A DNA stretch of 61,441 bases, filler included, from Catajapyx aquilonaris (taxonomy: Eukaryota): assembly GCA_000934665.2 (NCBI GenBank). It is 3 parts of 3 records of this genome, joined end to end, with 100 filler letters (N's around TTAATTAATTAA, not from the genome) between each part and the next. Parts side by side here need not be neighbours in the genome. Positions count along the whole stretch, not along the records: positions 1 to 17,265 come from JYFJ02007033.1; positions 17,366 to 34,758 come from JYFJ02007034.1; 1 more part is not named here. The stretch is one strand, 5' to 3'. This document shows positions 12,795 through 25,131 of the stretch, in pieces. Each line of letters begins with the position of its first letter. The first letter of the stretch is position 1. The notes beneath the pieces are model-generated. The model searched no databases. It was not told where the DNA came from and saw only the letters and a list, made by a program, of their open reading frames with translations. The translations under genes and the position numbers were made by a program.

Positions 12795-13370
12795 AAAAGT
12801 TCACACTCCTGGCTCATTTTTCTATGTCACAAAATAGCTTAAATATTTTGAAATAACTGTGATTCCATAGCATGAAGGGTCTTCTTGAACCCACAGAAAT
12901 TTCCAGAGTCAACGTTTGTTCTGGACCGTGATATTAATCCTAATCAATCCTAATGCATCCAAAGGTCAATTCTTCTGGCTCCCAAACTCCCGGAAATAAA
13001 AAAGTTCACACTCCTGGCTCATTTTTCTATGTCACAAAATAGCTGAAATATTTTGAAATAACTGTGATTCCATGGCATGAAGGGTCTTCTTGAACCCACA
13101 GAAATGTCCAGAGTCAACGTTCGTTCTTGACCGTGATATTAATCCTAATGCATCCAAAGGTCATTTTTCTCCTGGAAATAAAAAGTTCACACTCCTGGCT
13201 CATTTTTCTATGTCACATAATAGCTTAAATGTTTTGAAATAACTGTGATTCCATGGAATGAAGGGTCTTCTTGAACCCACCGAAATCTCCATAGACAACG
13301 TTTGTTCTGGACCGTGATATTAATCCTATTGCATGCATAGGTCATTCTTCTGGCTCCCGAACGCCTGGAA
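12795..13370. repeat. Tandem repeat, three ~180-205-bp units
   Basis: AAAAGTTCACACTCCTGGCTCATTTTTCTATGTCAC starts at about 12795, 13000 and 13180. Confidence 0.9.
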
Positions 13371-13734
13371 ATATTCACTCTCCTGGCATTAGAATATCAA
13401 TTAGTTCTCCATATTTTTCCCTGATTTGTGACCTCATATAGAGTAAGTGAGAATTTTTCCAGATTTTTAAAACAAGTTTTGAAATTCATTAATTCTTGCT
13501 TTGAAAATGGGAAGTTTTTGGAGAATCACCCTTATATCATGACTCCAATATAAAAAAACACACCCCAGGACCATACTTTTGTTAATAAATAAAATTAAAA
13601 GAAATATGCAAAACTGATCATTGGAAAGAAAGCATCCTGCAACACACTTACTCAGATCATGTGACATTGACGTCACTGAAATGATGCTTTCACGCAATAA
13701 TTTATACAAAAATTCATATTTTAAAATGTTAGAC

Positions 13735-14638
13735 CGAGGGCGGATCAAAAAATACTCAGAATGAATTTTTCCCTGAACTATCTATTGGTATGGGTCAATG
13801 GGCTCATGGTCTTTTTCGAAGTACTTGCCATCCAATTAAATGCACCACTTCAATTGTTTTATTCCAATTGATAAAGACCTGGCACAGGCCATTTTTTGTA
13901 ACTTCCTTCAGGATCGCCTCAGAATTTTTCAGCACAGCTGTAAATCCCTCAAATCTGCGTCCTCGAGGTTTGGATTTCAACGTTAGGGATTTTTAAAACT
14001 CCCATGGAGCAAGGTCAGGGGTGTAAGTTGGTTGCAATACAAAGGTGATGTCTCTTTTAGCCAGATATTTCATCACGACATTCGCAACTTGAGACCTGGT
14101 GTTGTCGTTATGGAGTATCCATCCACTCGAATGGAGTTCCAGGCATTTTTTTATGGCAATGTGCTCCCTGAGAGTCTTTAACACGGAGAGGTTATACCGT
14201 GCTGGACATTAATGGTGTTGTACTGGTGGCACCAGGAGCCACTGGCGGCAAAAGAGCGAATCAAAGCGATGTGTCGGTTCGATTCACTCGATTGCCACCA
14301 GTGGCTTGTGGCGCCACCAGTATGACATCATTAATGTCCAGCACTGTACTGTCCATTGACAGAAGTGTGTGGAGGAACTACATGTTTTTCCCAGGGGAAA
14401 ACAGAATTGGATGGCCATACTGTTTCCTGCCTGTCACCTCCATTGTACTCGGAGGCGAAATGGATGGAGCCATTTTTGCAATGAGCAGAGTAACCAGACG
14501 AAAGCTGTTACAGTGCGGTAATCTGGCCACATCATAAAAATGGAGCCAGAAGTTTTCAATTATAGCACTTTCAAAACTTTAAATTCAACACAATTATTTT
14601 TTTAAAAATCATTCTCGGTCTTTTTTGATCAGCCCTCG
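13735..14638 (-). mobile_element. Internally deleted mariner (DD34D-type) element with a nested MITE at 14197-14346
   Basis: TIRs CGAGGGCGGATCAAAAAA / TTTTTTGATCAGCCCTCG; relic WILHNDNTR...PTYTPDLAPWEF (YSPDLAP motif); inner MITE GTGCTGGACATTAATG/CATTAATGTCCAGCAC. Confidence 0.8.
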
Positions 14639-16327
14639 TATATCTAATAGACCACAGATGCGTTGGTGGAAGATGCGTCTGCACACCCGAATTTTGCTCC
14701 CGCAGCCTGAAAAGAGATCTCATAGCAATCCAACACCCTTAGTTTTCCCACATACCAGACTATTTTTTGCTTCATCTGTCTTGCGATTTCAGAACTGCTG
14801 GGTGTTATTGAGTTGCTCCCCCTTGCGCGAGGCTTATTTTTCATACAATATCCCCATTCAAATCAATAGGATTAAGGTTCAGTTACGCGATGAATCTCCG
14901 TACTTGCTAATTCAAGGGTACAAGTTTTGCATCAATCCATTAACTACTGATAGTATATTGTACTACCCACCCAGACTCGCTAGTCTACACCATGTATATA
15001 TTTTTTAATTTGCCACAAAGTATAGCCTACACCTCTCAAAGTGGCCCCGAGCTCCACCAGATAAGACTAACATGTTACCCTCTCACTATACCAACTGTAG
15101 CCTACTCCTTCTTTGTCCATTCAACCAGGCTGCTATGTCACGCATACATTATTCTTACCCTTGCAATGTTGCTGCGTACCTGGATTGCCCCCNCTATTGT
15201 TAAGACTAGCTACTACCTTTGTGGTCCAATTTGCCAACTTCATCACTTCATAGCTCTATTTCCACTTTTTTCTTTTCTTTTCTATTTTTGCTTCCTACCT
15301 ATATTAGCATATCCTTGTAGGTTTATAGTTTTTAAATTCATTGGAGCGACAGAGATATATTATTATTTGTACCAACAACAACAACATCACATTTCCCTAT
15401 ACCAATGCCTATGGTTTCGAGTATGAGGGGTCAAAGTGTACAAATCAATGTAGATAAAGCTCCTTCCCTGCCCATTCCTTATGACTCAACTCTCAACTAT
15501 TGTACATCCTTTAAATGTGTAGGCAGGTGCAGTTATTTAACTGAAATATTTGTAACTGTTTGTACAATGTGAAAAAATTACATCACTTGTTTATATTTCA
15601 TCAGTCATTTAAATAAATGTTTTTATGGGCTCTTAGATCCTTTTTATTGCCAGTTCCTTCTTGTCTCGACAGGCGAATGGGCTAAGACCCAAGTAATGAC
15701 TAACACTGGTTTTGATCTGAATACAACACTCTGAAAATGAAACTTATCCTGCACTTTTAGGTAACAATGTCTGAATCCCAGCTGAATCTGAGGTCCATCT
15801 GAATTGTATCACAAACATCTTTGTTTAAAGAAAAAATGGAAGTGTTAACAATACACTAAAGCTGCTTTTACCTGTACGCAACAACTCTTTGAAAATGAAA
15901 TGTCCTTCACCTTCTCAGGTAAAAATGCTCCACCATTAGAACAGTCTTTTGTCTTAAAGAAAAAATTGAAGGATTAACGCCAAGTAAAGCTGCTTTTTAC
16001 CTGCACACAGCAATATCTTTGAAAATGACTTACCCAATGCTGTGAGATAAATATTCTTTTCTCTCAGTAGTATCACAAAAAAAACAAAAAAAAAACAACA
16101 ACATCTGTTCCAGCTTTAAATCAAAAAATGAAACTTAACCTATGCAGTCTAAACATGTGTGCTCCTCTCTGGATTGTTCCGCATAAAAATAACATAAGTA
16201 CAAAAGTTTTCACACTTTTCTGCAGAAGTCTCTCTCGACTTAACTGGAAAAATATTAACTTAACATTATGGACCGATTTGATCACAGCCACATGATTCAT
16301 ACAAAACAAAACCCTCTGAAATGCCTG

Positions 16328-17006
16328 TTAGAATACGCCTGATGAGGCGGTCCTGTGCAGCACAAAGACAGTCCCTTTCAGGTTCCCTATGTTGATATCG
16401 TCGATACGAGCTGTCTTCCACATGTAGGAAAACTGTTGAGCAACCTGTAAGTAATTGTATGTTTAGTTCCTCTGGTTAACTATAAGATCTAATATATTGT
16501 GGGCAACAATCAAGATTGATTCAAGATGGCATTGCGGATGTGATGAGGTCTCTAGGTGGCAGTTATTGTGCTCATCTAACACTATTCACTTTAAGTTCTT
16601 CAGGGCCAGTTGCAGGAAAGCTACTTTAAAACCAGTATGGCCGTAAAGAACCTAGTAAATAAAAATGCAGTAGGATTTGGAGAAGAGGATTGAAGATTAT
16701 CTCAGGAATCAGGTGAAATTAGTGACATTCACATTCATGCCATATTTTTGTTTTGTTTAAAGGTTTTTGAATACTTGGCTGTCATAAAACAATTTCTTTG
16801 TTTATGAGATTCTGTCCCATTCATGCAACCAGCCCCTAGTCATTCAATGTAACACCATATCTCACCTTAATCATGGTGGTTTTGTCCTTTGTAAGAATAA
16901 CAGCTCTTCCCGTAGCAGGCCTGCAAACACGAGCCAACTCGTGCAGGACCCTGGGATACAGGCGCCTGTTATTGTCAATTGTGCTTCCCATGCGTTTGCC
17001 AAATGG
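16328..17006 (-). CDS. THUMPD3: THUMP-domain tRNA m2G methyltransferase (THUMPD3-like), last two exons 16866-17006 and 16328-16444; upstream exons lost at the gap
   Basis: Spliced PFGKRMGSTIDNNRRLYPRVLHELARVCRPATGRAVILTKDKTTMIK|VAQQFSYMWKTARIDDINIGNLKGTVFVLHRTASSGVF* matches the THUMPD3 C-terminus (PFGKRMGS...LYP...GRAVLLT); phase-0 GT-AG intron. Not present in the ORF track. Confidence 0.85.
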
Positions 17007-17265
17007 CTAGATGGAAGACAAAAGAGATTAGTTATATATATAATTAATGTTACTGTCAAGGAGTAAAGGTTCATGATCATGAGTTGTAAATTAAATATAA
17101 TTTTGTAAGGATAGACCAACTTACATTGTACTCCAAGTGTTTCATAAGTTAGCTCATATAAATTAAATGGGCAGTCAAACTCACTGCCAACTGGTAGTAA
17201 ATTAGAATCAGTGAGTTTTACCATTACAAAATAATATGAGCTAACTTACCATCAGTTAATCAGCA

Positions 17266-17365
17266 NNNNNNNNNNNNNNNNNNNNNNNNNNNNNNNNNNN
17301 NNNNNNNNNTTAATTAATTAANNNNNNNNNNNNNNNNNNNNNNNNNNNNNNNNNNNNNNNNNNNN
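17266..17365. other. Assembly gap with artificial all-frame stop linker
   Basis: N-run + TTAATTAATTAA + N-run, 100 bp in total; identical construct at 34759-34858. Confidence 0.95.
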
Positions 17366-18506
17366 GTACTGATGATCATACCTTGTTCAGAGAGACTGGG
17401 AGCTCTTGCGAATATCTGCAGACCAAATATTTCTTAAGTGTTTGAAGCGTCACCACAGTTACTTGCAACAATAAAGTAGACAATGATAGCATCAACAATG
17501 AGGATTTATGGCTCATATTTACTGCAGATGAATTTTGTAAAATAACCCATGGTCAAAATCTGCACCAACCGCTCCTAACCTGAACAAACCTTATATGCTG
17601 CCTGAAAGATAACTGCTTTTGCTAACAACCATGATTGCAGTCATTCCAGGGAAATGTGTGGTTAATAATAATTATGCGACTTCGACAACATAAGTTATAT
17701 TGAACTAAATACTTGACAAAGAATGAACCTGATATTAAAGGCCAGTTTCCTACATGTAGTAATGTAAAGGTGTCACTCCATCTTATTGTGTACTATCTTA
17801 TTTGGCTCTCAGGGGTTTGCACAGCTGAGAGAAAAAAAGGATTCACGTACTGATGATCATACCTTGTTCAGAGAGACTGGGAGCTCTTGCGAATATCTGC
17901 AGACCAAATATTTCTTAAGTGTTTGAAGCGTCACCACAGTTACCTGCAACAATAAAGTAGCCAATGATAGCATCAACAATGAGGATTTATGGCTCATATT
18001 TACTGCAGATGAATTTTGTAAAATAACCCCTGGTCAAAATCTGCACCAACCGCTCCTAACCTGAACAAACCTTATATGCTGCCTGAAAGATAACTGCTTT
18101 TGCTAACAACCATGATTGCAGTCATTCCAGGGAAATGTGTGGTTAATAATAATTATGCGACTTCGACAACATAAGTTATATTGAACTAAACACTTGACAA
18201 AGAATGAACCTGATATTAAAGGCCAATTTCCTACATGTAGTAATATAAAGCTGTCATTCCATCTTATTGTGTACTAGTTATGTGGCTCTCAGGGGTTTGC
18301 ACAGCTGAGAGAAAAAAAGGATTCAAGTACTGATGATCATACCTTGTTCAGAGAGACTGGGAGCTCTTGCGAATATCTGCAGACCAAATATTTCTTAAGT
18401 GTTTGAAGCGTCACCACAGTTACTTGCAACAATAAAGTAGCCAATGATAGCATCAACAATGAGGATTTATGGCTCATATTTACTGCAGATGAATTTTGTA
18501 AAATAA
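17366..18506. repeat. Tandem repeat, ~480-bp unit, at least 2.4 copies
   Basis: GTACTGATGATCATACCTTGTTCAGAGAG starts at 17366, 17847 and 18327; copies are nearly identical. Confidence 0.92.
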
Positions 18507-19034
18507 TGAAAGATGAGGCATTGAAGTTCGCTGAAAGCTGAATTAACACCAAGTGTCAGGTGCATGTCAGCGTACTCTGCATTCATAAACACCGTCATGT
18601 TGCCTTCTGCTGTGTCTTTCTCCCTCCACATGTATTTTATATTGTGTAGTGGCCCAGTTGGCCACCCTGTTGTTGTCTTAGCAACAATAGCTGAAACCTG
18701 ATTAGTGTAGGGTGGTCGTACCGGTTCTGGCCGCTGCACCGGTTCTGGGCACCTTCCTAGTTAAAACTATTAAATTTGTGAATCCTGAAGCCTGATGCCA
18801 ATGAAAAAGTATTAGCCTAATAGTGAGTGGCTGTGAAAGTCACACCATCTGAGCACAAAAAAATTACACATACAACCCAATCTCATTTCTTGCGTAAAAT
18901 GTTAAGGCGCAGGGTTGGATATTCTGCAAAATTTTACGCGACATGTTATTTGTATATGGAATATATTATTTTTAAGATTGGGACATTCTGCGCTTTTAGA
19001 TTCTTATGTTGTAATGCCTTAAAAGGCATTACGG

Positions 19035-19163
19035 TTTTTTTAGGTTCTTTCTCATGTGTTTTATTAGTTCATATGTTGGGTTAGCTTGCATCTCCCTTCA
19101 TCGCTGACTACCCCTCATAGGGAAATGTCGTGATGTTGTTGTTGTTGTTGTTGTTGTTGTTGT
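19035..19163 (+). mobile_element. 5'-truncated retroposon 3' end with (GTT)n tail
   Basis: TTAGTTCATATGTTGGGTTAGCTTGC...CCCTCATAGGGAAATGTCGTG(TTG)n; further copies at 37410-37500, 40823-40987 and 60256-60672. Confidence 0.75.
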
Positions 19164-19424
19164 AATGCCTTAAAATATGGTATAGACATTGTAGAGAGAT
19201 GATAGATCATGTGGGCACAACCGCGTTACTGAAATATTACCAATGCTCAATTTGTGGCCATCTCTGGTGGCCAGAACTAGAGCACCCTATGCACCACTTG
19301 TGGCCACAAATGACAAAAATTACATTTGACGCAAAATACAGTAAACCTAGCTAGCCATGATAAATTATTAGAATACTGATTACAAAAAACAAACAAACAA
19401 CTCCATCATGACATTTCACAGACA

Positions 19425-19635
19425 ATCCCGGGGTCGTCAATCCTGACCGTGGTTTTCTGTGGTTTTCCACGGATCCCCCCCTGGATAATTTCAGGGTCGC
19501 TTCCGCATAATAGGCCACAGCCGCTTCCTTCCTTCCCGATACTATCCTTGGCCCCATCCAATGTTGGTATTCCACCCCCCTAATGGAAGGCCGATTCTCT
19601 CAATGGGGTAAAAGAATAAAAATAAAAATAAAAAT
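19425..19635 (+). mobile_element. 5'-truncated SINE related to family 1
   Basis: CCTGACCGTGGTTTTCTGTGGTTTTCCACGG...TAGGCCACAGCCGCTTCCTTCC body with an A-rich tail. Confidence 0.65.
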
Positions 19636-19870
19636 CTCCCAACCATCATTACTCGGGATATCATCCCCAATTAAGCTTACAGAAACATCAACACTGGCCT
19701 TATCACTTGCTGACAGCAAGTCCTTAAAATACTCTCCCCAACTACCTTTCACCTCTTCTCCATCCCACAGCATGTCACCCTTCTTATCCTTCACACCCAC
19801 TACACTAACCCCCATGGCCAGTTCTTAACCTCCTAACAGTCTTCCAAAAAGACTCCCCATCCTCCTCGTC
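19636..19870 (-). mobile_element. Non-LTR (RTE-like) ORF relic
   Basis: VKDKKGDMLWDGEEVKGSWGEYFKDLL resembles the EN-RT linker motif (KDKxG...E.V..RW.EYF..LL) of RTE-clade LINEs. Confidence 0.6.
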
Positions 19871-20619
19871 TGGCCATGGTTACGCCTGGAATTGACTGCG
19901 AGTGTCTGACCAGTACTCCAGATATTTTTCCTTTTGGTCATTACGAGATGTTCGGGAGAACCGCAAGTTGCTGATTACAATCAATAATAATCTGATGCTA
20001 TTTTACTCATATATAATTGGAAGCGTTATGGTGAAATACTATATTGCAGGTTGGGTTGGATTAGGATTTCCAAGGGGCATTCTAATATATTTATCCAGTG
20101 TGATATTCTGACAGTAATATTAAGGAGCAATTGATTGGGCTTTGGGCACCACTTCAACACTTGGTTTTTTCTAGCTATTTCAGAGAGCCTTAGCTATTTT
20201 AAAATACAAGTACAAGCCGTAGGTCCTAAAATACTTGCATTGTACCTACCAAAATTAAACCAAGGGCCATATCAAGAGCTAATAACTGTTATTAGCTCTT
20301 GGCCATATGTGAAACTAAAGATGATGCGGGTTGGGGTTAGGGGAATGTCCAGTGACCTGCAACGCATTGCGTGAATGCTTACTGTGACACATATTTCGAC
20401 CAACCCGTCCATTTCATGATATCTTATTAAGTACAGTACAGAAAATTGATATAATAATTGTGAGAATAAGTGGTCAAAAAATTCTTTGGAATGATGCATT
20501 TTAAGAGGATTACAACAATGCCTACACTAGTTTGGACTTTCAAAATAAATGTCTCAACTGTCCATAATGTCTCCTAGAGATTCTAGACGACAAGGAAAGC
20601 CACCAATGTGGACTTCCCT

Positions 20620-20830
20620 GGCTTTGAAACCTGCAATGCTGGTATGCTGGTCTGCTGGGAATTGGCTCTGTTTTGCTGGTACCAGCATGCTGGTCTCTGC
20701 TGGTTTCAAGCTATCATTGCTGGTATGCTGGTTCCAGCATGCTGGTATGCTGGTCTGCTGGGAATTGGCACTGTTTTGCTGGTATTGATACCAGCATGGT
20801 GGTGTTTGCTGGTCTTGCTGGTTTCAAAAC
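20620..20830. repeat. TGCTGGT-based minisatellite
   Basis: Repeated ATGCTGGT / TGCTGGGAATTGGC motifs; this explains several spurious overlapping ORFs. Confidence 0.8.
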
Positions 20831-21339
20831 CAGGGTTCCTGCAGAGGAATATAAAAATATCATTTTGACAGAAGTGAGGTGAACCATCACAGGATATAGC
20901 CCAGATCTTTGCGCATTTGACGTCACCATGGAAGCTTATTTGACATATAAATGGCGGATAGGAATCATTTTTATTGTATAATTATGATAATTACAATACA
21001 CCAATGGCTTATATCAACCACCAGTTCAATAAGATCCCTACCAAACAGTACAAACTCACAGGAGTCTCTATTGCATTTATAATCTTGTGGACATAATGAT
21101 ATGCATGAAATAGACAAATGGTACAAGTATGAGCAAGAGATATCTGACTGAGTAGTGGGACTCTTAGCCTAAAACATAACACATTGTAGGTGGAAATAAT
21201 ATTATCAATCTTGCAGCAATAACAGCTTTAGCACAACATTATTTCCACTTCTAACCCTTGTAAGTCCCATATAGGTATGCAGAGTCGGTTTTCTGTTATG
21301 ATTCTTATCAAATAGACTTAATGCATGCCCTATAAAAGT

Positions 21340-24300
21340 TTATTCCCAATAAGAGTTACGGAACTCGTCATCAGCATCCAGCTCCATTGCAACAGGCCTC
21401 CCCTGCGGAATACCCCTGAACTGGTTGGCATTAAAGCATAGCTGTGTCTTTGCCATCTCCACCTCCAGGAATATCTTGAAAGGGGCCGGTATGCGCAGAA
21501 CGCGCATCATGTCTCCAACAACCCCCGGACTGATGCAACGAGCCTTACTGCTTTGCCAAGCAATGATATCCTTGCTGGTCCTGTAGTCTCGGGGTAGGGA
21601 GCGCTCCCTTTCTGACGATGAGAGCAGGCTCCAAGTGCTGCCGCCTGCCGGAAAAGTAACCATGGGTTAGCTTCAAGCCAAATAGACAACCTTGCATCAA
21701 CTACCATAGGGACTGCGGCTGAAGAACACGTGGGTAACGATGGTCCTTATGCATAGCTGCTGCAATCCGGCAGAGAGACCTCCGAACATCAGGGTGACCA
21801 ACTTATTGCAGAGCACATTATCGCTTAGTCCCAGGTGTGGGAAGTTGGTTTTGGTTTGAATAAGGCCCTGGACGTGTCTCAGTGTGTCCTCGTCGCTCAA
21901 GTACCCTGAGTCCACAGCAGGAGACACTGTTTTGTGAAGAATCGTGTCTACTTCCACCTTGTCAAAGTATCCGCTCATTGGCAGATGACGGGAGTCACAC
22001 AGCACTCCGGCCAGCAAGGGATTGACTTCGAGGGGTGACCTTCTGACACTGCAACTGTACACATGCCCATCGACATTTCCCTTGGCACCTTTCTCGCATA
22101 AGTAGCGAACCAGATCAGGATGACCCTTCCAGACCGCGTACCACAGCGCTGTCCTGTTGTTATTGTCTCTCGCGTGGATGTCTGGCACCTGGAAATTCAA
22201 CATTGGTTGACACCTGCGCGTTGTGGCGCATCTTCATATAAGGCGGTGTACATTACCGGAGAGAGAGTCCACAGGTAATCCAGCAAATGAAGCTGAGGTC
22301 TCTCGCAAAAACTAAGGATCATGAGATGGGTTCGTCCGTGATAATCAGCGTCGTTCAAGTGCTGACCTGAGGGGGACACAAACTTCAGGATGTCAATGTC
22401 GCCTCCGGGATTTCCGAGGACTTTGACGAAGCTGGAATTTGTGGGCACTTCACTGGAATTCCAGCCAATTTTACCTGGAAGCACAGCATGTAATAAAGAA
22501 CGCTGTCGGTTGATGCATGATGGAGTGTACATGGTGTACTTGTATACTGTATGTTTTAAGAAGTCACTGTGGTATAAACGAACTCTCTCGTGTAAGTGAT
22601 AGCCTGCAACTCAAAATATTATACATTTATACAGTCAAGTTTCTCAACCGGAATTTTGCACCTGTGCATCAATGGTGCTCTAGAATGAACGGTTTAAATA
22701 TACACATCACAAAATATCGTACTGGGCGTTCCAAGTTCTTCGGATCTTTTAGTTTTAGGAAATTTCGCTCAAATATGTTTTTTGTGGCTTGTTGTGCCCC
22801 TAATCAGTTTCCCTATTCTATAGTCACTGCTTACATTCGACCACCTGATAGTTACTGAGGCAACTGGATCAGGGCACAACAATAAGCTACAAACAAACAG
22901 CTTTGAGCGATATTAGTAATAAATAAACCGACCCACGAACTTGGAACACCCTGTATTTATGACTGATGACCTAATATAGAACTACCAGTCAAATTGGTTT
23001 GAGCTAGAGATATGAGCGTTTGAATATCTACGATTGTTTCATACATTATGTCTTATGCCCTTATGGGATCCTTTTATTCTTCAGATAGTTCTCTAGAGTT
23101 TCGTCAACAGTAATATTCACCTATCATAAAATAATAGACTTGATCAGCAGAAGGTACGCCGTAGGACCACATTGAACAATGCCTAACTCAATTTCGACTA
23201 GTATGTGACTATACATGATTTTTACGCATTTCATGTCTTCATTTATGAAAATCGTATTTTGTGGATTTATATTTGTAAGGAATATCAAGTTAGTGTTTTC
23301 ATGCCATCCTTATGTTTTGGTATACCAGCCAGTGTGCGACCAAACTGCAGCAGCTGCAGCTTGGCTTCACTCGGGGACATGTTTGTCTCTCCTTCCAATC
23401 CGATGACAAAGGGGACAGAAACAGGGACACCTTCGCTCCTGGAATTGAACCCGAGATGTGGTATTAGTTAACACATAGGATCAGTCAAACAACCAATATA
23501 AAATGAGGCCATGTGCTCTAGCTCATACCATCGAATGTAACTGAAACAGTTGGTCCATGTTGTCATGTAAGATCGGATGAACTTTTCCATCAGTAAATGC
23601 CTGTCATCGATGAATTGATCCTGAGATCCTTTCTCTAGGATTAGCCTAGCCAACTGAAGGTGAATTGGCCTATACAAGGTGTGATGGTATTGGCCCAGCA
23701 CAAGAAATAGTGGAGAATCGATGTAAAACCCTGAAAAGCCATGGCAACTGTTTGGGTATGGGCCATCAAGAAAATCACTTTTGCACCAGTTTAGCCTTTT
23801 GAATGACAGCTTCTGGTACCGGAACCTGGCCAAATGTGAGAAGGTATACCAACTGGAACTGATCATTACACCACTCGAGTGATAGTGACCGTAGCACATT
23901 AGCTAGATCTCCTCGACGTTAATTGCAGTGTTCTTGTAATGTTACCTTCACCGGCCCAGGTAACAACACTATTGGGATTTGTAAGTCACGCGTAACATTT
24001 TAGAATAACGTTTGGTTTTCTACCCAGTACCAACCATAGACCTTAGCTCTAAGGTCTATGGTACCAACAATGACGGCATATAATGCAAGGATACAGCTGG
24101 CTGAAACTTTGTTTTGCATGTGGAACATCAAGCAAGCCCNTCACATCTGTGCCATGAACCTGCTGCATATTCTCTTAAAGTTCGTCCGAAAATCATAAGT
24201 TATATTACTGACAGATTACCAAATAACATCAGGTCAGGTTAACCTGGTTTATAGACATTAATTATTTTCTTGAGAAAACGATGGATAAAATCGCATTTCC

Positions 24301-25131
24301 CGCATGTAGCCAATTCCCGCTTACGCTACTTTTGGATGGTCCCTTGAAGAGAGTTATATCGAGATTTTACTGTAGTAGATGTATGAAATTTCGGACAGGC
24401 AAATGAAGCACCTGGAGTGTGAAAGAAATTGAAGGGAAGACAATGCAAAGGTCCTAAGTGCCAAACCCCTGATTTTGAGTCATGCATGTTTCTTTCTCCT
24501 CAACAAAACAAAACAAAATAGGCAACCTCCCCATCTACTGGCCAAATGCAGAACCTTACTGATTTTTCTGGCACTTGGGACCTCTACCCAACATTGGCGA
24601 TGGCACATAGGACACCTTGACACTCATAACTCAAATCAGGATTTTTTGGCACTTAGGACACCTTTGCATTGTCTCCCCTTCAATTATGCAGGGTGTCCGG
24701 AAAATATGACACCAGGGCAATAGCACAGATAAAAGGCACTACTTGTATTCTGAATAGAAAAGTCTCTTGACATCTTGTCATAAAAACTAAGCTTAGACGC
24801 TACTGCCCTTTACAGTTTGTAAATTATTAAAATTAACAATTTTGGTTAGCAGTAACGTGTCTAAACGCGACGTGAAATAAGGACTTAAATCAATCTCAGC
24901 ATGGTTACCTACATTTTTGGTGTCATATTTTCCAAACACGCTGCATAAATGCTGAATAAAATGCATTTAGACTTTACAGTGTAGCACAAAATCATATTAA
25001 GAAAGTTACTTACATCCCTTGAACATCGTGTCTCCGGTACTGGCTGCATCAATTACACTTATCGCTTCACTCCACCTTCCAGCTCTCAGTAACCCATTCA
25101 GGTCCATTCTCCTGAAATGTTGTGCCGCCAT
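21340..25131 (-). CDS. Ankyrin-repeat protein with SOCS-box-like C-terminus (ASB-like), 479 aa; exons 25014-25131, 23529-23730, 23326-23438, 22257-22474, 21705-22188, 21340-21644
   Basis: All five GT-AG introns have matching phases and give a stop-free 1440-nt CDS. Ankyrin motifs: DSPLFLVL...HLQLARLILEKG, DYHGRTHLMIL...LHLLDYL, DNNNRTALWYAVWKGHPDLVRYLCEKGA. LQQLCIRTI is BC-box-like. Confidence 0.75.
22722..22953. mobile_element. Tc1/mariner-type MITE (intronic)
   Basis: CTGGGCGTTCCAAGTTC ... GAACTTGGAACACCCTG with TA flanks. Confidence 0.7.
24427..24944. mobile_element. Two adjacent MITEs (24427-24686; 24689-24944)
   Basis: AATTGAAGGGAAGACAATGCAAAGG / CCTTTGCATTGTCTCCCCTTCAATT; CAGGGTGTCCGGAAAATATGACACCA / TGGTGTCATATTTTCCAAACACGCTG. 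Confidence 0.7.

Noticed and set aside
12795..13370. CRISPR-like array
   Set aside because: Long contiguous tandem units with no unique spacers; eukaryotic context; no cas genes.
17310..17321. TTAATTAATTAA island within Ns
   Set aside because: Artificial scaffolding linker, repeated identically at 34803-34814.
17366..17420. Hammerhead ribozyme/retrozyme in the 480-bp repeat (CTGATGA)
   Set aside because: No stem II followed by GAAA; the same test fails at 16339, 22963 and 57180.
21340..23899. Ankyrin pseudogene suggested by fragmented ORFs
   Set aside because: All stops fall in short, phase-consistent GT-AG introns.
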